Positions 1 through 37,796 of a stretch of DNA of 64,000 bases are shown piece by piece; the first letter of the stretch is position 1, and the number at the start of each line of letters is the position of its first letter. A model generated the notes under the pieces. The model saw only the letters and a program-made list of their open reading frames with translations, made no database searches and had not been told where the DNA came from. Source of the DNA: Podarcis gaigeae (taxonomy: Eukaryota); the NCBI GenBank assembly GCA_964106915.2, contig OZ066921.1; one strand, written 5' to 3'. The position numbers and the translations under genes are program-made.

Positions 1-358
1 TTTTTGTCCCCATTTTGCTTCTTGCCCCTCAACCACTAAGGCATGGTCCAGAAGGATGCCCATAAGATGGTGCAGTCCTTGGGCTGAGTAAGGTCCCTCA
101 CTGCTGGGAATGCCATTAATCAGGGAGTGCAATTAATCAGATGGAGGCCCAAGGATCAGCTACGTGAGGCATTCCCCTGCAAGAAAACGAAAAACCATGT
201 GTGATTTAACTAAACCTCATTTGGACCTACTCGCTTACTCTAGTTTTCTAGAGAAAGCCTGGCATGCAGCACTCAAACTGAAGCAGAATGGCTAGTACTG
301 CTTAGGCAGAAATGTGGGACTTGCTTCAAAAGCTGTTTGAATGTGCCTTGGTTCCTAG

Positions 359-438
359 AGAGAGAAATTTCAGCTCGTCTGTGAGGCTCTGAAGAAGGAA
401 GGACTCAAATGGAGCAGCAGGGGGCCCCCTAACAAAAG
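359..438 (+). CDS. OGFOD1: OGFOD1 internal coding exon (gene starts upstream of the window)
   Basis: cctag acceptor, translates REKFQLVCEALKKEGLKWSSRGPPNK(R), gtagga donor; resembles OGFOD1 KFxxVCEAL...WSSRGPPNKR. Confidence 0.9.
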
Positions 439-849
439 GTAGGACCAATTCAGTCTGCTTCTGTCTATATTGCATCTTGCTTCTTATGGTCAGCTGTGTT
501 CATGCCATCTCACCCATGCTGTGCGTTTTGAACTCATTTTGTTCTGCGATTGTAATTTGATTTGCTGAGAACTTCAGTAAATCCATTTGGTAATCTTTAT
601 GTTTACAAGAGAGTGCCTTCTATAACGCTGCATAAAATCCCTGAAGACAGATAGGGCTGAGCAGGACTCCTTTAGATTTGGATTTAGGGCTTCAGCATCC
701 TGCCTTGTTTCATGTCCCTCACTCCTGGTAACGTTGGAGGCAGAGAACATAAAAGTGTACTCCAGTTGAACCGTTCTCCCACTCTTTCTCCCCCACCCCT
801 TTATATGTAATTCATGAAGGATGGTGCTGTCAATGGCTATGAGCCACAA

Positions 850-1034
850 TGACTATGCTTTGCCTCCATTGTTGGAGGCAGTAATGCTTGTGATTGCTGG
901 TTGGAGGGGAGACTGCTCTTGTGCTCAGGTCGTGCTTGCAGGTTTTCCACAGGCGTCTGGTTAGCCACTGAGAACAGGACGCTGGACTAGATGAGAATTT
1001 GACCTGATGCAACAGGCTCTTCATATGTTCTTAT
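850..1034. repeat. Old dispersed repeat fragment; related copies near 33140-33310, 46030-46197, 46840-46966 and 63760-63960
   Basis: Shared GGCCACTGTGAG...GGACTAGATG...TGATCCAGCAG...CTTATGTTCTTA motif. Confidence 0.6.
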
Positions 1035-1869
1035 CTGATGCCAGCTCCTCTCCAGTAAGGCTGGTTGTTTTGGTTTGGTTTGAGGGCATATGGTTCTTGG
1101 TTAAACTTTTTTTTGTATTAAAAAAAAGTTATTAGACATTTTGAGGACTCCAGTGAAAAAGTGGGGTGGAAATCTACAGATACAATAGTTTTGCTTTTCC
1201 CAATGGGAGGATTACCAGGCTGGGGGGGGGGGGGGGCAGAACTGAATGCTAAGTGCAGGCTGCTGCAAAAAAAGTCTTCCTGCACCCCACTCACTTTTCC
1301 TGTGTTGTGATGTCATTGTGCAGGGAAAACTCACCCATGGCAGCCAGTGATGTGGAGCAGAGACAGGGGAAGCATACAAAGCAAAGATGTCCTGGCACGA
1401 GTAGCTTTGCCTACAGGTTATGGGCAGAGCCCCAAGAACACCTGTTTTTGTGGCAGATCCATGCCGCACATAATGCATAATTCAGCCCTTTTGACCAGGA
1501 AGTTCTGCATTCAAATTCCTTCTGAGCCATGAAACATTCTGGGTGACCTTGAGCCAGTCACCTTCTCTCAGCCCTAACCGACTTCCATAGGGTTACCAGG
1601 AGGATAAGTAGAACAGAAGCCCACATACTCCTCCCTGAGCTCCTCAGAAATGAGGCAGGATACAAGTATGAAAGTCTCCTCTCCCAATGATTCGAAAACC
1701 TGCATCTTAAAGTGTAATCAACCTCACAAATGAGCCACCATGTGCTTTATTTGCATAATGTAATCTCTTTGTATAACTGGGGTTGCCTTAGTTCAGAATT
1801 TGAACAAGCTATCTTTGAGGTGTGCAGAGTGATGTAGCCCTTCTTAAGAATGCTTCTTGTCATTTTTAG

Positions 1870-2159
1870 GCATTATGACAAAGCTGAAGAGGAGAGCCTG
1901 CCGGACATTTTGAAAAATTGCATGGAGCTATTCCGCTCAGAAGCCTTCTTCCTGCTCCTTTCCAACTTCACAGGCTTGAAGCTGCACTTTCTAGCTCCTG
2001 AGGAAGACGACGATGAAAAGGAAGGGGAAGGAGAAATTGCTGCAGGCGGGGATTCTTCCAGATGCACACAAGGAGAAAGCAGCCAAGAGGAAACTGGCAG
2101 TCGGGAGTACACAGAGGCACATGGGAGCATCTCGGACAACAAGGTCAACAGAGTGTGTG
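1870..2159 (+). CDS. OGFOD1: OGFOD1 coding exon (acidic region)
   Basis: ttttag acceptor; [47 protein letters not shown]...; the donor is inferred at G|gtgtgt (2159/2160) because the next exon needs phase 1, so the 3' end is less certain. Confidence 0.85.
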
Positions 2160-2682
2160 GTGTGTAAATCACTGCTATCTAGTTGCAATGACACCTTATT
2201 TTTCAACATAGCCACTGCTTTATGGTATGCCTTAACGGTGAAGTGCTCAGGGCCCAGTTCCTAGACAATTCAAACCACAGTTGTTACATTCTACTTTGGC
2301 TGGATTAATATTCTTGGGTTCATTTGTCGTCACCAGACTAACTTCTGCTAATCAATATTCTGAAAGTTGCGAGTTCCGAAGAGGAAATTTGGCCAAAAAC
2401 TATCAAGTCCTGCATATTAGAGGGTCTTTGTGGGGTTTTTAAAATATGTTACTATTAAGAGTAGACAATGAGTATGATTCCTTGGGAGTACACAGATTTA
2501 ATATTTATAACCTAGTTTGTATCCCTTAAAGTTGCCTGGGTATGTTTGAAGCTGCCTAGGAACAGCTGCTGGAATCTCCAAAGACAGAAGTGTGACTGGA
2601 TGTCCCAGATAACTTCCTGCCCCTTCTGATGATTTGACTAGCAAAATCAGAAGGAACTATGCAAAATAGGGAAGCTGTATAC

Positions 2683-3042
2683 GCAGGTGGCGCTGTGGGT
2701 TAAAGCCTCAGCGCCTAGGACTTGCCGATCGAAAGGTCGGCGGTTCGAATCCCTGCGGCGGGGTGCGCTCCCGCTGCTCGGTCCCAGCGCCTGCCAACCT
2801 AACAGTTCGAAAGCACCCTCGGGTGCAAGTAGATAAATAGGGACCGCTTACCAGCGGGAAGGTAAACGGCGTTTCCGTGTGCGGCTCTGGCTCGCCAGAT
2901 GCAGCTTTGTCACGCTGGCCACGTGACCCGGAAGTGTCTCCGGACAGCGCTGGCCCCTGGCCTCTTGAGTGAGATGGGCGCACAACCCCAGAGTCTGTCA
3001 AGACTGGCCCGTATGGGCAGGGGTACCTTTACCTTTACCTTT
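2683..3042 (+). mobile_element. Sauria SINE, young copy
   Basis: tRNA-like head (GGTGGCGCTGTGGGTTAA, GGTTCGAATCC B box), (ACCTTT)n tail, CpG-rich; nearly identical to the 20732 copy. Confidence 0.88.
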
Positions 3043-3444
3043 TATACAGATTGAGGAAATTTTTGCACTTCATTGTGGAAATGAGCTTTCCTTGGTACCA
3101 CAATTGAATTGCCTGGGCAAAAATAGTAGCTTGTGTTACCTTGGAGTATGTTGAAAGGGACTCTCCAGAGCTCGCATCCATTTCTTTGTTGCCTTCATGC
3201 ATGTGGGGAGCAAAAGTGCACATAACTGGAGAGGTTTTTTCCCAAAGCCTCTGGCTATTCTTACTAGATCTGGAGAGGGTTAGTGTGTGTTTTGCCTGTC
3301 ATTTAGCTTGGAGGAAAGCTGCTGGGGTGCACAGTTGAATGGGGAATCCTTGGAATCTGAAGCTATGCTAGGCTCTATATAGGAGACTTGTGGGGTCTGT
3401 CACCTGCTCACCAGTCATGTCCTTTTGGCTATCTTCCCCCTCAG

Positions 3445-3567
3445 ACTCAAGTGTCCCTCTGTGTGCTGGAGAGCTGAGGCATTGGACCAAAGGTTGCTAC
3501 ACTCTAGTCCATGATGCTGAAACAACAGAGTTCTCCCTAGATCTGCTGCTCTTCTGTGGGTGTGAAG
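3445..3567 (+). CDS. OGFOD1: OGFOD1 coding exon
   Basis: ccctcag acceptor; (D)[40 protein letters not shown]; gttagt donor. Confidence 0.92.
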
Positions 3568-4035
3568 GTTAGTTTGGTTTTAAGCTAACAAAACAAAAGC
3601 AGAAATATATCTCGAAGATGCCAATTTTTATTGTTCAATACGCTCAATGAATTTTGGCAAGAATGTCTTAAGGGCTTATGTGCAAAGATAATGCTATAAA
3701 GATTCTAAGCTACATAAACTAAAACTTTTATAAATACTTTAAAATGTGACAATATATAATACAAACTTGTATGCAAGTCAAACGGCCAATAAGTTATGGC
3801 CCATATATAAACACACTCACTTGTATTTCTTAGTGAACCCAATCGCAGAACCTTCTGTTATAAAAGAACTTGGGCAAAATCTTATGGAAGGCCCACCTCA
3901 GATTGCACAATTAAATAGGTGTCTTTCTTTCCTTCATGAAAAAGGAAAAGGGATCACCACTAAACTCTTTGGTGTTTGATGCATTCAGCAAATGTTTCTA
4001 GAAGGCCACCTTTTTTCAGCTTCAAGATCCATGTA

Positions 4036-4695
4036 CAGTGGTACCCCGCAAGACGAACGCCTCGGAAGACGAAAAACTCGCTAGACGAAGGAGTTTTTCG
4101 TTTTCTTAACCGCTTCGCAAGACGCATTTCCCTATGGGCTTGCTTCGCAAAACGAAGCTTGCCCCGCAAACTCCGGGGATAGCAGGGAAGCGCAGCGCGT
4201 CTTCCCCGCTGTCCCCGGACCTCTTTTGAAGCAAGGGGCGGCAGGGAGAAGATCGCTTCTCCCCGTTGCCAGCCCCGCAATCTCCGGGGACAGAGGGGAA
4301 GGTGCGCGCGCCTTCCCCTCTGTCCCCGGACCTGTTTAAAGCAAGGGGCGGCAACGGGGAGAAGCGATCTTCTCCCCTCCGCCCCTTGCTTCAAAAGAGG
4401 GGACAGAGGGGAAGGCGTGCACGCCTTCCCCTCTGTCCCCGGACCCCTTTTGAACCAAGGGGCGGCAACGGGGAGAAGCGATTCTCCCCGCTGCCCCTTC
4501 CCTTGCTTTAAAACAGGTCCGGGGACAGAGGGGAAGGCGTGCGGCACTTCCCCTCTGTCCCCGGACGGTCTCCATAGGAACGCATTGATTGATTTTCAAT
4601 GCATTCCTATGGGAAACCGTGCTTCGCAAGACGAAAAACTCCCAAGAAGAAAAAACTTGCGGAACGAATTAATTTCGTCTTGCGAGGCACCACTG
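4036..4695. mobile_element. Tigger/pogo-like MITE with internal hairpin array
   Basis: TA|CAGTGGTACCCCGCAAGACGAA ... TTCGTCTTGCGAGGCACCACTG|TA; same family as 11138. Confidence 0.85.
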
Positions 4696-5492
4696 TATTT
4701 ATTTTCTAAGTAATGTTTTTTTCTTCTGCCTGATGAATTTGTTTCACTGTCCACTGTCCTGTAGTTATATCATTAAATTTAAGATAAGCCCTTCTTAAAG
4801 GCATTCTTCCTGAAATGCATTGGTGTGCTTTCTTTTGGTTTTAAGCTGCCTTGAGCATTTATGTGAAGCTGGGTAGAGACCCAGACTTGCATCTCCCGCA
4901 GTGTTTCTTCAAGTATGCCCAGAGGGAGCAATCCAAGATGTCATAGCACACAGCTTTCAGCACAACCCAGGTAGGGACAGGTGTCCTTTTCCTGTGGGTG
5001 CATCTGTGCTTGAGCACAAAAGTCAGCCGGCAAACAGCTCAGCTGAGCTAGTCTCATTCAGCCAACGTGTGTATTGTGGGGACTGGAAGCAAGAATGGTC
5101 TATTGGCATTTCCCAGAACTCTGGTCCTCTTGCTTTGTCTCTTAGTAAACAGGGTTTTTCTTATATTAAAAGGAAGACAACGAATAGGAAATACTTGCTC
5201 AGCTGCCTGAGGAGAGTAATGAAACTTCCTTCAGACATCCAGGAAGCACCACCCCCTAAAGCAACCCTTGCCAACCAGACGTTCCTTAGAAGTTTTGGAC
5301 TACAACTTTCAGCCACAGCCAGGCTGTAGTCCAATACATTGGGAGGGCACGTGGTTGGCAAAGACTGCCCTAAACATAATGAAAAGTTAAAAGGCAAGCT
5401 GTAAAACCTTTGTTCCATCATTTTAATGCTAAGACTTGGATTTGGGCTTTTTATACTGCTGCATTTCTTTATGTAGCCCATGAATATGAGTA

Positions 5493-5723
5493 CAGTCATA
5501 CCTCGGGTTAAATGTGCTTCAGGTTGAGCATTTTCAGGTTATGCTCTGCGGCGACCCAGAAGTTAACAGAGCACATTACTTCCGGATTTCGTCGCTCATG
5601 CAGATGCTCAAAATGACGTCACGCGGAAGCGGCGAATCACGAATCACAGACACGGGTTGCGTTCGCTTCAGGATGCGAACGGGGCTCCGGAACGGATCCT
5701 GCTCACATCCAGAGGTACTACTG
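5493..5723. mobile_element. Tigger/pogo-like MITE
   Basis: TA|CAGTCATACCTCGG ... GAGGTACTACTG|TA; related to 21118. Confidence 0.8.
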
Positions 5724-5906
5724 TATTTGTGTTAGAAACCATAAGCTACCCCTAGAATGTTCTTTTGAGGTAAATTTGACAAAATCTACATCTAAAACAA
5801 GTCATATGCTTGGCATACAACTTTTCTTAATAGTTCAGTGGGAGTGAGCAGTGACTTTGGAAAACTTTACCAAACAAATGACAACTGCTCATTTCTTTTT
5901 TTCAAG

Positions 5907-5965
5907 ATTGGGACGTGGAGTATGGTGGCTTTACTTCATACCTTGCAAAAGATGAAGATGAAGAG
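5907..5965 (+). CDS. OGFOD1: OGFOD1 penultimate coding exon
   Basis: ttcaag acceptor; (D)WDVEYGGFTSYLAKDEDEE; gtaagc donor. Confidence 0.93.
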
Positions 5966-6429
5966 GTAAGCAGTTGTCCCTACCCCTCTTGTGCTTTATC
6001 AGACCATTTTGAAAGCAGTTTACTCCATGCTCCCCACGCCCCATACATAAGTTTGGGACACGCACAGGGCAACTGAGTACTTTTTCCTGAAGTGTCAGCA
6101 ATTCACGTTGCCCGTTTCTTTTTTCTTATAGCAAAACATAGATTGGCTTAAGCTTGGGGAGGGGGGGCAGTACAGTGGTGTGGGAAGGGGATATCTTCTT
6201 GCTCACACCTCTCATTTGGAGGGCTGTGTAGTGTTGCTGTTTTCAAGGAATCTGCATTGAAACCTTTCCCAATTTAACTGGAGCAGGAATTTGATTCACT
6301 TATTCTACACGTGTACAGAATAAGTTCTTTAACCTGACCCTGATACCAGAATGTCTCCTCTCTGTCTTCTGCAGAAGTAAATTGTATCAGCTTGTTTCCT
6401 TAACACTTCCTGTGGTTTTTTTCTTCAAG

Positions 6430-6591
6430 CTGCTGCTGATCACTCCAGAGATGAACTGTTTGGCCTTGGTTTATAGAGACCCAGAGTCGCTGAAATTTGT
6501 GAAGTATATCAACCACCGTTGTTTGAAGCAAACAGCCAGAGAGACAGAGCAAACTGGATTCTGGGACATTTGCTTTGTTTACTATGAATGA
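6430..6591 (+). CDS. OGFOD1: OGFOD1 last coding exon (prolyl 3-hydroxylase OGFOD1 C-terminus)
   Basis: ttcaag acceptor; [30 protein letters not shown]...[11 protein letters not shown]; matches the OGFOD1 C-terminus. Confidence 0.94.
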   Translation: MLLITPEMNCLALVYRDPESLKFVKYINHRCLKQTARETEQTGFWDICFVYYE

Positions 6592-6609
6592 CAGTTGCCA
6601 CATGGACTC

Positions 6610-7045
6610 AAAGAGTTGTATTGTTGGCTCCCGAGGGTCATCCAGTCCGATCCTCTGCAATGCAGGAATCTCACCTGGATCTTATATGACAGAAGGCCAT
6701 CCAACCTCTGCTTAAAAGCCTCTAAGGAAGGAGAGTCCACCACCTCTCATGGGAGTCTGTTCCACTGTCAAACAGCTCTTGCAGTCAGAAAGATCTTCCT
6801 GAAGTTGAGTCGGAATCTCCTTTGAAGACATTGGTTCAGGTCCTAGCCTTTGGAGGAGAAAACAAGCTTGCTCCATGTGACAGCTCTTTAGATATGGCTA
6901 TTGCATAATACCCACCTCCCTCAGCTGTTCCTCAGTAGGCCTGGCTTCCAAACTGCTGATTGTCTTGATCATCCTCTTCTGCACATGTTCCAGCTTGTCA
7001 ATATCCTTTGTAAATTGTGGCACCCAGAACTGGACAGAGGACTCC
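6610..7045 (-). mobile_element. Degraded CR1 3' fragment right after the OGFOD1 stop codon
   Basis: Similar to the 36.3-kb CR1 (CTCTGCTTAAA, GAAGGAGAGTCCACCAC, CCCAGAACTGGACA). Confidence 0.75.
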
Positions 7046-8282
7046 TGGGGCAGCTGGTTCTTCCCAAAGACAGGTGGGAATGCTGCTGGTCTACCTGCAC
7101 TCCGTAAACAAATGTGGTGTTGGAGGAACCTAGGACAGTACCCCTGAGCAACTTCAACGTTTACATTAAGGCTGCATCAAGTTCTCACCAGTCCAATACA
7201 TAGGATAGGGAGCAAAACCTGCACCTCATCTTTGCTGCAAGTGGAGAGGGTGGTCTGAATGAGCTCTGCTGTCAGAAATCAAGTTTGCAAGCTGAAACCA
7301 TATAGGGAAACCAAGATTATGAAAAGAGGGCTTCATTTTCATCTAATTACTGGTGATTTGGAATGTGTATTTCATTCTCTGTACCATTACCTCATCCTAT
7401 GCAAGGGCTGCAAACACATTCTTCTCGGTGGTGGGAGGGGCAGGCTGTCCCTCCTGTCATTGCTTACCACTCTGTCATCCTTTTTGGCAAGTGTGGTTAC
7501 TGTTGTATGGAAGCCCAAGACACTTTTTTCTGGGAAGAGGGTCAGCCAGTTTCTGCTGCTGTAGTGCTTAGGGGTTGTGGGTTGTTGCATGGAAGGGCAA
7601 TGCATAATTGTTACATCAGGCAAGATAAGAGTGATTTTTAAAATAGAACTTAGTGACATGTGTCCTAGCAACTTAAAACAAGAGGGTCACAATAAAAAGC
7701 TGTAGTGTTGGGATTTCATTATATAACCCACCTTTTGACTGAATGGGGGCTTTAAGGTAATTTTAAAAAGGGAAGTACCAGTATATTTGATTTTATACAT
7801 GAAAATCAAATATACTTCCTTTTTTGCTATTTACAAGGGTGGGTTAGGGCTCAAGTATCACAAGAATATCAACTAATGATATTTAGTCATCACAAATTTC
7901 TCAAGAGCACAGAGAAGAGGGAGCTTGAGGTCTGTCTGTTTTATTGAAGATTACCAATCTTAAGTGCTGCAACATACTATTGCTTTCATCAATAAAAATA
8001 CTATACATGGCTATATAAGATTCATAAATAACCAACATTCCCTTTTCAGACTTTGGTCCTCTCTGACAGTGTAGAACAGTCAGTTGTTTCTCTGTTCTCT
8101 TCCCACTACTATAGACTTCAGCTCCTGGCTAACAGTTTCATAGTAATATTTCTATACAGGAGCACTATATGTGCATCCTATTCTGCTGGACTTCCTTTAC
8201 CCAAGCAGGCTCCAGGGTGTGTGGTACGTCAGCTGCTACACCACTTTGCCCATCTCACTGAGCTGACTGCCTTTTAAAACGA

Positions 8283-34964
<26,682 letters not shown>

Positions 34965-35841
34965 GGCGGCAGCGAAGGTAGGCCGAGCCGACCCAGACAA
35001 GAAGAGGGACCGCAGCTAACGCCGCCGCTGACAGGCCCGGTCGCGCTTGGCCGTAGCGTCACGACGGCGACGTGGCGGCCATGTTGGGCCGTTGCTATGG
35101 AAACGGCGGTCGCGAACGAGAAGGGTGTGGGCGAGGCCCAGCTAACTCGTGGGTGGGGAGCGGGGCGCGCCTGGGCAGAAGGGCGAGGAGTTGGGGCTCC
35201 TCCTGCCGAGATCACAAAACCCTTATGTTAATCCATGGCGTCATCGCATATGGAATACCGTTTGCGGCCTCGAAAAGGATGTTGTTCACAAGTGACGCTG
35301 ACACCAAACCCCACACGTACACTAAGTAGAAAAATAGAAGCGTTGCCGCCGCACCACATGCACCGTCCCCACACCGTCCCCCTTTCCTTCCCAACCTAAT
35401 ACTGCATGCAACACTAAATGTCTCACAACAAATGTAGCTGATCTGTAGAAAACACAACTTGGGGGGGAAAGAGAGACAGTGCGAGAATTTTTGAAAGCTA
35501 TGAAAGCTTTAATAAAAAATATTTTTAGAAAATAAAAAAGGATATTAGTTATTGTGAAACTGGGAAAGCCTCAGAAAAGGGCAATCAAAATACCGGTAAT
35601 CGGGGGAACGGGTGGGGGTAGAGCAACTTTCCTGTAATGGAAGTTAGAAGCGTTGAGGACTTTATAGTTTAAAAGCCGAACAAGAAGTGAGACAGTAGGA
35701 GTTTATGATGCATGGGCTGGAGAAAGAGGACAGATAAAAGTCTTTCTCCCAGCAGTAGAGATCCTGGACATCCAATGAGGAGGAAGCATAGGAAATTCAA
35801 GACAGAGAAAAAGTACTTTTTCACACAGCACATAGTTAATA

Positions 35842-36083
35842 CAGTGGTACCTCGGGTTACATACGCTTCAGGTTACATACGCTTCAGGTTACAGACTCTG
35901 CTAACCCATAAATAGTGCTTCAGGTTAAGAACTTGGCTTCAGGATAAGAACAGAAATCGTGCTCCGGCGGCGCGGCGGCAGCAGGAGGCCCCATTAGCTT
36001 AAGTGGTGCTTCAGGTTAAGAACAGTTTCAGGTTAAGAACGGACATCTGGAATGAATTAAGTACTTAACCCGAGGTACCACTG
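35842..36083. mobile_element. Tigger/pogo-like MITE inserted in an old LINE fragment
   Basis: TA|CAGTGGTACCTCGGGTTA ... TAACCCGAGGTACCACTG|TA. Confidence 0.85.
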
Positions 36084-36237
36084 TACTATGGAACTCTCTG
36101 CTACAGGCGGAAGTAAAGGTTACCAACTTAAAGGGCTTTGGAAGAGGATTATAGTTTACCCCTCGCAGAATGGCCTTTCTCAGCACCCTGGAAAACTACA
36201 GTTCCCAAAATTATTGTGGCATGGTGGTGGCAATGTG

Positions 36238-37796
36238 CAGGGCCGGATTTAGGTTTGATGAGGCCCTAAGCTACTGAAGGTAATGGGGCCCTTTATATCA
36301 TAGAATCATAGAGTTGGAAGAGACCACAAGGGCCATCGAGTCCAACCCCCTGCCAAGCAGGAAACACCATCAGAGCACTCCTGACATATGGTTGTCAAGC
36401 CTCTGCTTAAAGACCTCCAAAGAAGGAGACTCCACCACACTCCTTGGCAGCAAATTCCACTGTCGAACAGCTCTTACTGTCAGGAAGTTCTTCCTAATGT
36501 TTAGGTGGAATCTTCTTTTCTTGTAGTTTGGATCCATTGCTCCGTGTCCGCTTCTCTGGAGCAGCAGAAAACAACCTTTCTCCCTCCTCTATGTGACATC
36601 CTTTTATATATTTGAACATGGCTATCATATCACCCCTTAACCTCCTCTTCTCCAGGCTAAACATGCCCAGCTCCCTTAGCCGTTCCTCATAAGGCATCGT
36701 TTCCAGGCCTTTGACCATTTTGGTTGCCCTCCTCTGGACACGTTCCAGTTTGTCAGTGTCCTTCTTGAACTGTGGTGCCCAGAACTGGACACAGTACTCC
36801 AGGTGAGGTCTGACCAGAATTGCATTGGCTTTTTTAGCTGCCGCGTCACACTGTTGGCTCATGTCAAGTTTGTAGTCAACCAAGACTCCTAAATCCTTTT
36901 CACATGTATTGCTCTCAAGCCAGGTGTCACCCATCTTGTATTTGTGCCTCTCATTTTTTTTGCCCAAGTGCAATACTTTACATTTCTCCCTGTTAAAATT
37001 CATCTTGTTTGTTTTGGCCCAGTTCTCTAATCTGTCAAGGTCGTTTTGAAGTGTGATCCTGTCCTCTGGGGTGTTAGCCATCCCTCCCAGTTTGGTGTCA
37101 TCTGCAAATTTGATCAGGATGCCCTTGAGTCCATCATCCAAGTCGTTGATAAAGATGTTGAATAAGACCAGGCCCAAGACAGAACCCTGTGGCACCCCAC
37201 TAATCACTCTTCTCCAGGATGAAGAGGAACCATTGATGAGCACCCTTTGGGTTCGGTCAGTCAGCCAGTTACAAATCCACCGAGTGGTAGCATAGTCAAG
37301 TCCGCATTTTACCAGCTTCTTTACAAGAATATCATGGGGCACCTTGTCAAATGCCTTGCTGAAATCAAGGTAGGCTACATCCACTGTGTTCCCTTCATCT
37401 ACCAGGGTTGTAATTCTGTCAAAAAACGAGATCAGGTTAGTCTGACATGACTTATATGTCCAGCTGTCCTTTGTCAACAACAAATTGTTGCTTTTTTTGT
37501 TGAATATATGGTATATGGTAATTTATGGGCATCCTATATTTAGAAATGAGCAAACCGGTGATATTTTAGGGAGCAGGCTAGCAGGCAGGGCCCATTATCT
37601 TACATCATAGGAGCCTACATAACACAAAACACTGTTGCTGTATGTAGGTTTTATTTTATTTGTTTTTTATGTTATATTTTGGAAATGTAAATCCAGTTTG
37701 TTTGTTTTTTGTTCCTTCAAAAAAAATTGGGGGGGGGGGCAAGAGAGTGGGGCCCTAAGCTATTGCTTGTTTAGCTTATACGTAAATCTGCCACTG
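36238..37796. mobile_element. hAT-like non-autonomous element interrupted by a CR1
   Basis: CAGGGCCGGATTTA ... TAAATCTGCCACTG ends; near-identical 8-bp flanks GCAATGTG / GTAATGTG. Confidence 0.7.
36299..37451 (-). mobile_element. CR1 LINE, 5'-truncated RT fragment
   Basis: ORF 36494-37483 with YLDFSKAFDKVPH, GVPQGSVLG, KFADDTKL, RRLRGDMI; ATTCTATG-type tail; TTATAT flanks; in-frame deletion at NAIL/VRPHLEY. Confidence 0.93.

Noticed and set aside
3960-4713. Repetitive Arg/Gly/Pro-rich ORFs
   Set aside because: Translations of the MITE's internal hairpin repeats.
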